Source: Leucoraja ocellata (Eukaryota). Taken from it: DNA of 64,000 nucleotides. This document shows positions 1 to 14,500 of this stretch, in pieces. Position numbers and translations under genes: made by a program. Positions within the stretch are counted from its first letter, which is position 1. Each line of letters opens with the position of its first letter. A model generated the notes under the pieces. It was not told the origin of the DNA, made no database searches, and was given only the letters and a program-made list of their open reading frames with translations. The DNA is taken from positions 124,001-188,000 of the forward strand of contig JAWMAR010001442.1 of NCBI GenBank assembly GCA_036785375.1, given 5' to 3'.

Positions 1-2416
1 CCCTTCGGATTTACTTTTACCTTACTTGCCAAAGCAACCTCATATCTTCTTTTAGCTTTTCTAATATCTTTCTTAAGATTCTTTTTACATTCTTTATACT
101 CCTCCAGCACCTCATTTACTCCATGCTGAATATAATTATTGTAGATCTCCCTCTTTTTCCGAACCAAGTGTCCAATTTCCCTTGAAAACCATGGCTCTTT
201 ACAATTTTTACGATTTCCTTTCGACCGAACAGGGACATAAAGATTCTGTACTCTTAAAATTTCACCTTTAAATGTACTCCATTTCTCTTCCACACCTTTC
301 CCATAAAACAAACTGTCCCAATTTACTCCTTTTAAATCCTTTCGCATTTCCTCAAAGTTAGCCTTTCTCCAATCAAAAATCTCAACACTAGGTCCATTTT
401 TGTCCCTCTCCATAATTATATTGAAACTAATGGTATTGTGATCACTGGACCCGAACTGTTCCCCAACGCATACCTCTGCCACCTGACCCATCTCATTTCC
501 TAACAGGAGGTCCAGTACCGCCCTTTCTCTAATAGGTACTTCTATGTATTGTTGCAAAAAACTATCCTGCACATATTTTACAAACTCCAACCCATCCAGC
601 CCATTTACAGAATGTGTTTCCCAGTCTATGTGTGGAAAATTGAAATCTCCCACAATCACTGCCTTGTGCTTACTACTAATATCTGCAATCTCCTTACATA
701 TTTGCTCTTCCAATTCTCGCTCCCCATTTGGCGGTCTATAATACTCCCCTATAAGTGTTGCTACCCCTTTCCCATTTCTCAGTTCCACCCAAATAGCCTC
801 CCTAGACGAGCCCTCTAATCTATCCTGCCAAAGCACTGCTGTAATATCTTCCCTGATAAGCAATGCAACACCTCCACCTCTTGCCCCTCCAATTCTATCA
901 CACCTGAAGCAACGAAATCCTGGAATATTTAGTTTCCAATCACAGCCCTCCTGCAACCATGTTTCACTGATCGCCACAACATCATACTTCCAGGTGTCAA
1001 TCCAGGCTCTAAGTTCATCCACTTTTCTTACAATGCTCCTAGCATTAAAATATACACATTTAAGAAACCCACCTTCTCTTATACTCTGATTATTTTCTTT
1101 TTCTTCTCTCTCCCCTACATTTTGGGTCAGAGTGCTACCATTCTCTGCCCCCTGCTTCACACGCTGACTGCTAGCTTTCCCAATTTGAGTCCCTCCCCCC
1201 AACCATACTAGTTTAAAGTCTCCCCAGTAGCCTTTGCAAATCTCCCCGCCAGGATATTGGTCCCCCTTGAGTTCAAGTGCAACCCGTCCTTTCTGTACAG
1301 GTCGCACCTTCCCCTAAAGAGGTCCCAATGATCCAGAAACTCGAATCCATACCCACTGCACCAGTCCCTCATCCACGCATTTATCCTCCACCTCGCTCCA
1401 TTCCTACTCTCACTGTCGCATGGCACAGGCAGTAATCCTGAGATTGTTACCTTTCTAGTCCTTCTCCTTAACTCTCTACCTAACTCCCTAAATTCTTCTT
1501 TCAGGACCTCTTCTCTTTTTTTCCTTATGTCGTTGGTACCTATATGCACCCCAACTCAGGCTCCTCTCCCTCCCATTTCAGGATTTCTTGGACACGTTCA
1601 GACACATCCCTGACCCTGGCACCAGGGAGGCAAACTACCATCCGGGACTCCTGTCTGCATCCACAGAATCGCCTATGCGACCCCCTGACTATAGAGTCCC
1701 CTATTACAATTGCCCTCCCCTTCTTTTCCTTACCCTTCTGAGCAACAGGACCGGTCTTTGTGCCAGAGGCCCGGCCGCTGTCGCTGCCCCCAGGTAGGCT
1801 GTCTCCCCCACCCTTACTCAAGCATGAGTACTTATTTTCAAGGTGTACAGCCACCGGGGTACTCACCAGTCCCTGCCTCTGCCCGTTGCCCTTCCTAACT
1901 GTGACCCAGTTTTCTGACTCCCGTGGTCTTGGAGTGACCACCTCCCTGTAACTCCTTTCTATGACCTCCTCGCTCTCCCTGAGCAGACAGAGGTCATCGA
2001 GTTGCTGTTCCAGGTTCCTGACACGGTCCCTTAGGAGCCCCATCTCGACGCACCTTGCGCAGATGTGGAAGTCTGGAGGGCACTCCGACTACATGACCTC
2101 CCACATCTGACATCCAGAACAGTAAACTACCCTGGCCTTCATTCTCCCCCTTATCCAAATACAATAAAGCCTTACCGGGATACAAGCCAATCAGCTGCTT
2201 CCTCTGGTCCTCTTCCACCAATCAGAGGCTTCCACCAGAATCAGAATCCTTCTCTGGAAGTGAGATGGAACGTTGCAGATTTGGGTAACTCACAGCTCCA
2301 GGTAAGTCCTCCTCTCGCCAACGGCTCCCCGGGCCTCTGTAGAAGCAAACCCCGCGCTGTTTTTATACTCACAGCTCCAGGTAACTCCTCCTCTCACCAA
2401 CGGCTCCCCGGAATTT
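1..2416 (-). mobile_element. CR1-clade LINE, 5' part (5'UTR, ORF1, ORF2 endonuclease region); runs off the window start; duplicate of 28938-31338
   Basis: ORF1 fragments 1540-2043 and 1208-1549 carry SGNH-esterase motifs (IVIGDSIVR, HIGTND, DGLHL). Bases 1-1200 match the APE region of ORF 27584-30244. Confidence 0.9.
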
Positions 2417-3828
2417 GAATAACAAAAATTGTAATAAAAATCCAATGATACATAGTACAATTAGAACTTGGAAACAAATAAAACAGAACTTAAAATTAAG
2501 AAATCTATCTCTGCTAATGCCAATAGCCAATAACCCTTCGTTTAAACCCTCAATTATAGATAAATCATTTACCCAATGGGAAAGAACGGGAATCAAAACG
2601 CTCGGAGAAGTATGAGTTAGGGAAATTATTACCATTTCAACAATTACAACTGAAATATAACTTGAAAAATAATCAATATTTTAAATATCTTCAAATCCGT
2701 GATTATCTGAAAAAATATACAAAAGACTATTATAATATGCCCCCAGACTTATTAGATGAAGCCATGAAGATAAAGGCTGAATCAGCAAATCTAATATCGT
2801 ACTTATATAATATTATATTGAATATAGAAATACCTACAACAGATAATATTAGAAGAGACTGGGAACAAGAACTAGCTATAAAAATTTCAAAAGAGAGCTG
2901 GGATAAACACTTATTATATGTGCATAAATGCTCGATCAACGTACGACATACTCTAATCCAATATAAAACATTACATAGACTATATTATTCAAAAACTAAA
3001 ATAAATAAACTTTTCCCCAATGTCTCACGCATTTGTGATAAATGTCAGTTACAAGAAGCTAACATAGCGCACTCTTTTGTTTTCTTTATAAAAATTCAAA
3101 AATTCTGGAACAAAATATTTGAAATCTTTACAAAATTATTTAAAACAAAACTACTACCCAAAGTAGAATGGATCATTTTTGGAATATCGTAAGGTAACCC
3201 AGAATTAAATATGTTTCAAAAGAACTTACTTAATTATGGGCTAACAATGGGAAAAAAGCTTATACTTAAATTTTGGAAAAATGCTCCAATACCAACAACA
3301 AAAATGTGGATTTCAAACATGTTCGAAACACTACACTTGGAAGAGATGAGACTCCTCCTAGCAGGCAAAGCAGATCACTTCCAAAAGACGTGGTCTGCAT
3401 TTATGGAACTATTACAAGCATAAGCTGCAATAATAAGTTAAAACATAAAGGCTACCAGGACCTGGTAACGGGGGGTATAAAATAATTTTTTAATAAAAAC
3501 ACGGTTGGTATATCCTTTTTTGCGGAGTTTTTTGTTACAATAGAGCGATTGATTTTCCTTTCTTCTTTCTTTTCTTTTCTTTCTAGGGTCTTATTTACTT
3601 TCTTTACTTCCTTCTCTAATTCCTTCCCTAAGGGGTTCCTTTCTCCCAACACTTTCCTGCACCTTCACGATTGTTGCTTACTTTCCTTACTTCTTTTGTT
3701 TCTATCTTTTTTAAAGCTCAAAAAATGAAGTGGTACAACATAATGTAATAAGATATATCTGATGTGTATTATTGTAATTTACTGAACTGCTAATAAAAAT
3801 AAAATAAAAATAAATAAATAAATAAATA
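2417..3828 (+). mobile_element. L1-clade LINE 3' end (ORF2 C-terminus, 3'UTR, (AAAT)n tail); duplicate of 31339-32752
   Basis: ORF fragments 2415-2615, 2662-3192 and 3211-3423 include a CxxC...H zinc-knuckle-like region (CDKC...AH). An A-rich tail lies at ~3792-3830. Confidence 0.88.
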
Positions 3829-6703
3829 AACTTTATTCGACACAGTCATCACAGGCATATGACACAACAGATCAAAACATAATCAGAAATTACACTATAT
3901 CAAATAATCATTATAGTACAAATGTGCATTCATTGTTTACAATACTCTCAACCCCACGCGGTGACCAGCGCCCACGGAATACCTCCAGAGTCCCCGTGGA
4001 CACCGCGTGTTCCCTCTCCAGGGACACACGTGCACGGACATAGGCCCGAAAGAGGGGCAGGCATCCGACTCTAGCCTGACCCTCAACTGCCCACTGCCTG
4101 GACCCGCCAATGGCCATCTTGGCCAGGCCCAGGAGCAAACCGACAGGGAAGTCCCACTCCACCCCGCCCACTTGGCTCTCCCCACACCCTGCCTTGTGTC
4201 CAAACACAAGAATCGTAGGACTAAAATGCAACCAGTGCTTGAGGAACAACCCTTTCATATATATAACAATAGGAACAAACTCTCTTCCTGGCTGCAGAAA
4301 ATACAGGTGGTAGACGAGCCCGTGAACCGACTCTAAAGTTTATTACACGCCACCGCTCTATGCAGCACTCTCCACCCCAGGTCCCCAATGTAAAGGGGGA
4401 CAACTCCCTTATAGATGGACCCCCACTGGGGACCTTTCCCACCTTTGGGTGGGAACACAGACTGCCATGGTGTGTCAGGGCGGGAGATGAAGGCAAGGAG
4501 GTGCAGAAAGTACAGGAACATTCTGTACAGTGAGCGTCTCTTCGCATCACGAAACGGCATGCTGGTCATCTCAGAGAGGTGGCTCAGGTTGTGTGGAGCC
4601 GGTTCCCAAGAAATATCCCAGAGTCGAGGCCCGATGAGCAGATCTGATGATGTGGGTGAAAGCTCATTCAGAACCACTCTAGGCACGCGCCTCTCCTCAA
4701 CACTCGCCATGACAGAGTGAGGACCGGCCACTCCCGCAGCCGCAACATCCCCTTCCCCTCGTGGAGTGACACGCTGGCTGAAAACAGCCAAATTCCTCAC
4801 TCTTAGCACATCCCAGTAGAAAACAGGCAAGCCCCTTAGGGCGGGTCGACTGATGCCCGCCACCGGGAGCCGTGAGACCCCCCCTTAGGCAACGACCCCG
4901 ACGGAAACAATATGTGGCCAAAGCGTGCCATCTGGGGGGGTTCTCTACATACATATACCTCCGCAGAGTCCTGAGATGGAGAGCCACCGCCTGGGTACGC
5001 ACGCACACCAAGGACTGGCCGCCCTCCTCTAACGGGAGACTCAGAACCGCTGCGGAAACCCAGTGCTTCCTATTTCCCCAAAAGAAATCCACCAGCTTCC
5101 TCTGTAAAGCAGTTACAAATATGGAAGGCGGGACAAGAGTAGACGGCTGCTACCATAACACGGAAGCCACCAGCTGGTTTATGACCAACACTCTCCCCTG
5201 AAAGGATAGAACTCCAAGCAGGCCTGACCAGCGCCCCAGCCGGGCAACCACTTTCGTTTCCAACTCCTGCCACTTTGCCGGCCAAGCATCCTCAGTGGGA
5301 CTCAGGTACACTCCCAGATAAAGGAGGTGCGTGGTGCTCCACGCAAACATTGCCATCTCCTCTGGCAGGGAGTCCACCTGCCACTGACCCACTAAAAGTC
5401 CAGAGCACTTGCTCCAATTAATCCTGGCAGAAGATGCAGCTGAGAAAATCTTCTGGCAATCAAGCATCCTCCGCAGGTCACCAGGATCGGTGAACATAAG
5501 GAGTACATCATCGGCATAGGCCGAAAGAACCACCTCCACGCCTGGGCCCGGTAGGGCCAGGCCTGTCAATCTCCTCCGAAGACACAGGAACGGCTCCACA
5601 CAGACCGAGAACAACTGACCCGACATGGGGCACCCCTGACGGACCCCTTCCCAAAATGAAAGGGAGCCAACAACACACCATTCACCTTCACAAGGCACTC
5701 CACTGCAGCATACAAAAGCCAGACCCCGGGCCACAAAATGCGGTCCAAATCCAAACACTTGCAACGTCCCGAAGAGGTATTCATGCTCTACCCTATCAAA
5801 AACCTTCTCCTGATCAAGAGACAGAAAAGCAGCTGACTGACCAGTTCCCTGTGCTAGATGAATCAGGTCCCTAACCAGGTGGATGTTATCCTGAATGGAC
5901 CGGCCAGGGACTGTATAGGTCTGGTCAGGATCAATCAGTTGAGACAGCACGGAGCCCATGTAATTCGCCATCGCCCATGCAAAAACTTTGTACTCTATAC
6001 ATAGGAGGGAGACCGGGCACCAGTACTTCACCAAGCGGAGTTGCCCCTTCTTGGGCAGCAAGACAACAACTGCTCTACGCCACGAGAGGGGCATCTCCCC
6101 GGACACCACCCTCTCCCCCAGAACCAACATGTTGTCACCCCCCAGGATATCCCAGAAAGTTATAACATACTTTACCGTCAACCCATCCAGCCCGGGGGAC
6201 TTACTTCTCCTGAGCTGATGCAATGCACGAGTCAACTCCTCCAAAGATAAGGAGCCATCAAGAAGATCGGCCACCTCCCTTTCTACAGTTGGTAGACCCT
6301 CCCACAGGTCCTGCTGAGCCTCCCCGCTGAATCCACCTGTGGAGAACAGGGACCCGTAAAAGGACCTGACCAGGGCACTAATCCTCTCCGGATCAGTGAT
6401 AGAGGAGCCATCGTCTGCGAGAATCTCTACGACCTGTTTGCGGGCTCCCCGCCCTTTCTCCAGAGAGAAAAAGAAAGGTGAAGCTCAGTTCAGATCGTGC
6501 AGCATCTGGACCCGCAACCTCACGTAAACGTCTCGGGACCGCTCAAGTTGCAGGTTCCTCAAGGCTTCCTTCTTCTCCTGAATTCCGCATTCACAGGAGT
6601 CATCACTAAACCGACCCAGGCGAGACTCTGCGTCCAGTAGCTCCCTCTCAAGCCTCTCGACCGCAGAGTCCTGCCGTCCGGTCGACCCCCACGTGTATTC
6701 CTT
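3829..6703 (-). mobile_element. Tx1-like (L1 clade) non-LTR retrotransposon, 5'-truncated and frameshifted; duplicate of 32753-35624
   Basis: ORF 5150-6274 has RT motifs (KSPGLDG, LSLDQEKVFD, GVRQGCP, SAYADD). The C-terminus LFRAYVRARVSLEREHAVSTG is Tx1-like. Confidence 0.85.
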
Positions 6704-6719
6704 ATGTGTATTCCTTACC

Positions 6720-6958
6720 TGAAATTGGAGAGTTCAATGTTCATACCGCTATTTCAGGTAGTCCTTGCTTTCTCACTCTTTCCCCTCCCCTTCCCAGCTC
6801 TCCCACAGCCCACAACCCACTGTCCCCGTCTCTTCCTTTCTTCTCCCCCCCCCCCACACATCAGTCTGAGGAAGGGTCTCGACCTGAAACATCACCTATT
6901 CCTTCACTCCGTAGATGCTGCCTCACCCACTGAGTTTCTCCAGCATTTTGTCTACCAT
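6720..6958 (+). mobile_element. Penelope-like-element-derived short repeat with a degenerate minimal hammerhead motif
   Basis: ctgaggaagggtctcgacctgaaacatc at 6866-6893, followed by the 'gatgctgcc...ctgagtttctccagcattttgtc' tail shared with other copies in the window. Confidence 0.6.
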
Positions 6959-7179
6959 TGGTGTCTAAACCCATGACTATAAGCTTCAGGGAAGAGCATC
7001 TGCTGACTTTACCTGGTCTTGTTATGTGACTCCAGGCCCCCAGTTATGTAGCCGACCCGTATCAGCTCTGAAATGGCCCTGGGAAACATCCAGTTCAAAG
7101 GCCGTTGTGGACGGGAAATAAATGTTAGTTCACTTCACTTGCACCTCCTCCAACCTCATCTACTGTATCGAGCTGTATT

Positions 7180-8595
7180 TGAGGGGAGGGAAGAGAGGGA
7201 GGGATGGAGATATGAGGAGAGGAAAGGGAAGGCGTTATGAGGGGTTAGAGGAGAGGGGAGGAGAGGAGTGGAGAGTTGAGGAGGGGGGAGGAGTAGTGGA
7301 GAGGAGGGGAGGCGGGGAGAGGAGGGGAGAGACAAGGGTAGAGAAGAGCGGAGGGGAGGGTTAAGGCTAGTGGAGAAGAGAGGAGAGGGAAGTGTAGGAG
7401 AGGAGAGAGGGGAGAAGAGGGGTAGTGAAGAGGAAGGGGGGAGCGTGAAGGGAGGAGGAGAGGAGAGGACAAAAGACAATAGACAATAGGAGTAGGAGGG
7501 GGAGAGGAGGGAGAAAGGAGGGGAGGGGAGAGGGAAGGAGAGGGGATGTGGGGAGAGGGGAAGAAAGGAGAGAACAAAGGGGAGGAGAGGGGAGAAGGGA
7601 GGAGGAGGGGAGGGAGAAAGGACTGGAGAGGAAAGGAGAGGAGATGGGAGAAATGACAGGGGAGGGGAGGACAGAAGTAGGAAGTAAATGAGGAGAGGAG
7701 GGGAGAGGTGAGAAGAGGGGAGGAGAGGAAATGACATGAGAGGAGAGGAGGGAAGAGGGGGAGGGATGAGGGGAGAGGAGCTTCGAGGGGAGAGGGAAGG
7801 AAGGAAAGAGGAGGGAATGGGAGTAGAAAACCTCTCAACACAATATCACAATGATCTTTTGTGATGAATGGGAGAGGAGAGGGGAAGAGGGGAGGGGAGG
7901 AGAGATGATTTTAGATGGGAGGATAGAGGAGAAAAGGAGATGAGTGGAGGAGGGAAACGGGGTGGAGAGGAGAGGGGAAGGGAGAAGAGATGAGTGGAGA
8001 GGAGGGGTGAAAGGAGAAGGATATGGGAGAGGAGAGTGAGGGCAGGGGCGGTGAGGAGGGAGGGGTGATGTTAGAGGAGAGGAAGGGAGGGGAGAGGGAG
8101 GGAGGGAGAGGAGAGGGACAGGTGCAGAGGGTGGGAGGGGAGGTGAGAGGGAGCAGGGCAGGATTATCACTCCCTCCTCTATATTTCGATTTTCATTCGC
8201 GCTGATCTTGAATAAACGCATCCTGATCTGATCACAAAATCATTTGGCGTCCAGGAAATCAACGTCTCTGAGATGCATCCTCCATTTTATTCCCAGTTAG
8301 AGAGGGGGGGAGAGATAGAGAAAGAGGGGAGAGAGAGGGGGGAGGGAAGAGGGGGGGGGGGGGGGGAGTGGGGAAGAGGGAGATGAGGGACAGATGAGGG
8401 AGAGAGGAGGAGTGAGACAGGGGCGCAAGAGGAGAGAAAGAGGATGGTGAGAGAGGAAGAGGGTAGAGAGAGGGGCAGAGAGATAGGGGAAGAGAGAGGG
8501 GGAGAGAGAGGGGAGAGAGGGGGGAGAGGGGAGAGAGAGAGAAGGGGGGAGAGAGGGGGCGAGACAGAGGGGGATGAGAAAGAAGGGGGAGAGAG
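7180..8595 (+). repeat. Polypurine (GA-rich) low-complexity tract, repeated at ~11023-12015 and ~14448-15445
   Basis: Almost pure G/A on the + strand. The P/S/L-rich and G/E/R-rich ORFs here are compositional artefacts. Confidence 0.95.
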
Positions 8596-11500
8596 TTGTC
8601 TGGACTCGAGGGGTCTGAGCTACAGGGAGAGGTTGGGGCAGTAAGTGACTTTATTCCTTGGAGGACAGGAGAATGAGGGGTGATCTTATGGAGGTGTACA
8701 ATCATGAGGGGAATAGATCAGGCAGATGCACAGAATCTCTTGCCCAGAGCTGGGGAATGGAGAAACAGAGGGCACGGGTTTAAGGTGGGAGAGGAGGCGA
8801 AAGATGAAAGATTTAATAGGAACCTGAGGGGTAACTTTTCCACACAGAGAGTGCTGGGTGCATGGAACGAGCTGCCGGAGGATGTAATTGAGGCAGGGAG
8901 TATCACATTTGGACAGGTACATGGACAGGGCAGGTTTGGAGGGATATGGACCAAATGCAGGCGGCGCAGCGGTAGAGTTACTGCCTCTCAACACATGAGA
9001 CCTGGGTTTGATCCTGACTACAGGTGCTGTCTGTACGGAGTTTGCATGTTCTTCCCGTGACCTGCGTGAATTTTCTCCGGGTGCTCCGGGTCCTTCCCAC
9101 ACTCCAAAGACGTTAATTGGCTTCGGTAAAATTAGTAAATTGTCCCTAGTGTGTGTAGAATAGTGTTGGTGTTAGTCGCTGTTCAATGCGGACTCAGTGG
9201 GACGAAGGGCCTGTTTCTGTGCTGTGCTGTGCTCTAAACTAAACTAAATTAAACCTCCTCTGGACCCTCTCCAATGCCACCACATCCTTCCTCAGATATG
9301 GGGCCAAAACTGCTCACAATACTCCAAATGCAGGTTCTCCATTCACTAACACAACCCTCCGGATATATAAAGATATTCTTACTTGATAAGAATTTTTATC
9401 TCAGGGAATATAAAACAAAATTAAAATTAAAAAGGCAGACCCTTAATTTTGTGGACAACACTCCCACCCAGTGGTTTACCAACGCAATGACAGCTCCAGT
9501 TATTTTGTTGTCACCTTGATATTCGCTCGACATCTGTATTTGGAAATCAGGACATTCTATGAATAAAATAGGTTTTAAAATCTAAAGCTAGTTTTTTTTT
9601 GTGGATAAGCAGGCGGTGCTTTGATGTGATGAAGAACCTTTATGAATTGTGGACCCAGAGGTGACTTTATAAGTTTATTAAGTTCTAGGAGTGGATTCTT
9701 GATTAGCGCGGGTGTCAGGGGTTATGGGACGAAGGCAGGAGAATGGGGTTGAGAGGGAAAGAGACATCAGCCATGGTTTAAATGGCGGAGTACTCGATGG
9801 TCTTAATGGCCTAATTTTGCTCCTATCTCTAATGGACATGAATTAAAGTTATGTGATAAAATACAGGGACCTGTCATAGTGGTGGGAGTGTTGACCGCAA
9901 AATAATGAAGGAGGGGCAACATTATATAGTCAATGGAGGGCACGATTAAATAGTTATTGAAGGGCACTATCAAATAGGAGCGAGAGAGTGAGAGACAGAG
10001 ACAGGGGGGGGGGGGGGTGGAGGGAGTGAGGGAGGGAGGGATGGGGCAAGAAAAGAGGAGGAAGGGATCTCTCTCCCCTCAGTCACTCCTCTTTTTCCGG
10101 CCCTTATTCACTCCTCTACTTCACTACATTCACTCCCTTCCTCCACTCATTCACTCCGTCCCCACCCTCTCTGAGATGTTCTCCCTCCCTAATCATTCTC
10201 TCCCTCATTCATTCCCTCCCTTCTCTCATTCACACCTACCCCTCCCACCTCCCTCTCCCCCCTTATTCTCTCCCTCGCTCGCTCAGTCACACACTTTCTT
10301 TCACCCTTCAGCCCACATTCCCCTCCCTCTATCCCATCTTCCCCAACACCATTCCCTCTCCCTCTCTTGCTCTCCTTCTCTCTCTCTTCTCTCTCTTTTT
10401 TTTTCTTTTCAAAAACTTTATTCAACACAGTCATATGATACAACAGATCAAAACATAATCAGAAATTACACTATATCAAATAATCATTATAGTACAAATG
10501 TGCATTCATTGTTTACAATACTCTCAACCCCACGCGGTGCCCAGCCCCCACGGAATACCTCCAGAGTCCCCGTGGACACCGCGTGTTCCCTCTCCAGGGA
10601 CACACGTGCACGGACATAGGCCCGAAAGAGGGGCAGGCATCCGACTCTAGCCTGACCCTCGACCGCCCGCTGCCTGGACCCGCCAATGGCCATCTTGGCC
10701 AGGCCCAGGAGCAAACCGACAGGGAAGTCCCACTCCACCCCCCTACTTGGCTCTCCCCACACCCTGCCTTGTGTCCAAACACAAGAATCGTAGGACTAAA
10801 ATGTAACCAGAGCTTGAGGAACAACCCTTTCATATATATAACAATAGGAACAAATTCTCTTCCTGGCTGCAGAAAATACAGGTGGTAGACGAGCCCGTGA
10901 ACCGACACTAAAGTTTATTACACGCCACCGCTCTATGCAGCACTCTCCACCCAAGGTCCCCAATGTAAAGGGGGACAACTCCCTTATAGATGGACCCCCA
11001 CTGGGGACCTTTCCCATATAGTGAAGGGAGGAGGAGGGGAGGGAGAAAGGACTGGAGAGGAAAGGAGAGGAGATGGGAGAAATGACAGGGGAGGGGAGGA
11101 CAGAAGTAGGAAGTAAATGAGGAGAGGAGGGGAGAGGTGAGAAGAGGGGAGGAGAGGAAATGACATGAGAGGAGAGGAGGGAAGAGGGGGAGGGATGAGG
11201 GGAGAGGAGCTTCGAGGGGAGAGGGAAGGAAGGAAAGAGGAGGGAATGGGAGTAGAAAACCTCTCAACACAATATCACAATGATCTTTTGTGATGAATGG
11301 GAGAGGAGAGGGGAAGAGGGGAGGGGAGGAGAGATGATTTTAGATGGGAGGATAGAGGAGAAAAGGAGATGAGTGGAGGAGGGAAACGGGGTGGAGAGGA
11401 GAGGGGAAGGGAGAAGAGATGAGTGGAGAGGAGGGGTGAAAGGAGAAGGATATGGGAGAGGAGAGTGAGGGCAGGGGCGGTGAGGAGGGAGGGGTGATGT

Positions 11501-14500
11501 TAGAGGAGAGGAAGGGAGGGGAGAGGGAGGGAGGGAGAGGAGAGGGACAGGTGCAGAGGGTGGGAGGGGAGGTGAGAGGGAGCAGGGCAGGATTATCACT
11601 CCCTCCTCTATATTTCGATTTTCATTCGCGCTGATCTTGAATAAACGCATCCTGATCTGATCACAAAATCATTTGGCGTCCAGGAAATCAACGTCTCTGA
11701 GATGCATCCTCCATTTTATTCCCAGTTAGAGAGGGGGGGAGAGATAGAGAAAGAGGGGAGAGAGAGGGGGGAGGGAAGAGGGGGGGGGAGTGGGGAAGAG
11801 GGAGATGAGGGACAGATGAGGGAGAGAGGAGGAGTGAGACAGGGGCGCAAGAGGAGAGAAAGAGGATGGTGAGAGAGGAAGAGGGTAGAGAGAGGGGCAG
11901 AGAGATAGGGGAAGAGAGAGGGGGAGAGAGAGGGGAGAGAGGGGGGAGAGGGGAGAGAGAGAGAAGGGGGGAGAGAGGGGGCGAGACAGAGGGGGATGAG
12001 AAAGAAGGGGGAGAGAGTTGTCTGGACTCGAGGGGTCTGAGCTACAGGGAGAGGTTGGGGCAGTAAGTGACTTTATTCCTTGGAGGACAGGAGAATGAGG
12101 GGTGATCTTATGGAGGTGTACAATCATGAGGGGAATAGATCAGGCAGACGCACAGAATCTCTTGCCCAGAGCTGGGGAATGGAGAAACAGAGGGCACGGG
12201 TTTAAGGTGGGAGAGGAGGCGAAAGATGAAAGATTTAATAGGAACCTGAGGGGTAACTTTTCCACACAGAGAGTGCTGGGTGCATGGAACGAGCTGCCAG
12301 AGGATGTAATTGAGGCAGGGAGTATCACATTTGGACAGGTACATGGACAGGGCAGGTTTGGAGGGATATGGACCAAATGCAGGCGGCGCAGCGGTAGAGT
12401 TACTGCCTCTCAACACATGAGACCTGGGTTTGATCCTGACTACAGGTGCTGTCTGTACGGAGTTTGCATGTTCTTCCCGTGACCTGCGTGAATTTTCTCC
12501 GGGTGCTCCGGGTCCTTCCCACACTCCAAAGACGTTAATTGGCTTCGGTAAAATTAGTAAATTGTCCCTAGTGTGTGTAGAATAGTGTTGGTGTTAGTCG
12601 CTGTTCAATGCGGACTCAGTGGGACGAAGGGCCTGTTTCTGTGCTGTGCTGTGCTCTAAACTAAACTAAATTAAACCTCCTCTGGACCCTCTCCAATGCC
12701 ACCACATCCTTCCTCAGATATGGGGCCAAAACTGCTCACAATACTCCAAATGCAGGTTCTCCATTCACTAACACAACCCTCCGGATATATAAAGATATTC
12801 TTACTTGATAAGAATTTTTATCTCAGGGAATATAAAACAAAATTAAAATTAAAAAGGCAGACCCTTAATTTTGTGGACAACACTCCCACCCAGTGGTGTA
12901 CCAACGCAATGACAGCTCCAGTTATTTTGTTGTCACCTTGATATTCGCTCGACATCTGTATTTGGAAATCAGGACATTCTATGAATAAAATAGGTTTTAA
13001 AATCTAAAGCTAGTTTTTTTTTGTGGATAAGCAGGCGGTGCTTTGATGTGATGAAGAACCTTTATGAATTGTGGACCCAGAGGTGACTTTATAAGTTTAT
13101 TAAGTTCTAGGAGTGGATTCTTGATTAGCGCGGGTGTCAGGGGTTATGGGACGAAGGCAGGAGAATGGGGTTGAGAGGGAAAGAGACATCAGCCATGGTT
13201 TAAATGGCGGAGTACTCGATGGTCTTAATGGCCTAATTTTGCTCCTATCTCTAATGGACATGAATTAAAGTTATGTGATAAAATACAGGGACCTGTCATA
13301 GTGGTGGGAGTGTTGACCGCAAAATAATGAAGGAGGGGCAACTTTATATAGTCAATGGAGGGCACCATTAAATAGTTATTGGAGGGCACTATCAAATAGG
13401 AGCGAGAGAGTGAGAGACAGAGACAGGGGGGGGGGGGGGGGGTGGAGGGAGTGAGGGAGGGAGGGATGGGGCAAGAAAAGAGGAGGAAGGGATCTCTCTC
13501 CCCTCAGTCACTCCTCTTTTTCCGGCCCTTATTCACTCCTCTACTTCACTACATTCACTCCCTTCCTCCACTCATTCACTCCGTCCCCACCCTCTCTGAG
13601 ATGTTCTCCCTCCCTAATCATTCTCTCCCTCATTCATTCCCTCCCTTCTCTCATTCACACCTACCCCTCCCACCTCCCTCTCCCCCCTTATTCTCTCCCT
13701 CGCTCGCTCAGTCACACACTTTCTTTCACCCTTCAGCCCACATTCCCCTCCCTCTATCCCATCTTCCCCAACACCATTCCCTCTCCCTCTCTTGCTCTCC
13801 TTCTCTCTCTCTTCTCTCTCTTTTTTTTTCTTTTCAAAAACTTTATTCAACACAGTCATATGATACAACAGATCAAAACATAATCAGAAATTACACTATA
13901 TCAAATAATCATTATAGTACAAATGTGCATTCATTGTTTACAATACTCTCAACCCCACGTGGTGACCAGCGCCCACGGAATACCTCCAGAGTCCCCGTGG
14001 ACACCGCGTGTTCCCTCTCCAGGGACACACGTGCACGGACATAGGCCCGAAAGAGGGGCAGGCATCCGACTCTAGCCTGACCCTCGACCGCCCGCTGCCT
14101 GGACCCGTCAATGGCCATCTTGGCCAGGCCCAGGAGCAAACCGACAGGGAAGTCCCACTCCACCCCCCTACTTGGCTCTCCCCACACCCTGCCTTGTGTC
14201 CAAACACAAGAATCGTAGGACTAAAATGTAACCAGAGCTTGAGGAACAACCCTTTCATATATATAACAATAGGAACAAATTCTCTTCCTGGCTGCAGAAA
14301 ATACAGGTGGTAGACGAGCCCGTGAACCGACACTAAAGTTTATTACATGCCACCGCTCTATGCAGCACTCTCCACCCAAGGTCCCCAATGTAAAGGGGGA
14401 CAACTCCCTTATAGATGGACCCCCACTGGGGACCTTTCCCATATAGTGAAGGGAGGAGGAGGGGAGGGAGAAAGGACTGGAGAGGAAAGGAGAGGAGATG

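Noticed and set aside
7180-8595. G-rich tract as an Ig switch region
   Set aside because: It is essentially devoid of AGCT/WGCW repeats and lies ~30 kb downstream of TM2 rather than upstream of C exons.
9600-9680. TGATGA box-C-like motif in the 3.4-kb unit suggesting a tandem snoRNA
   Set aside because: There is no box D (CTGA) or terminal stem nearby.
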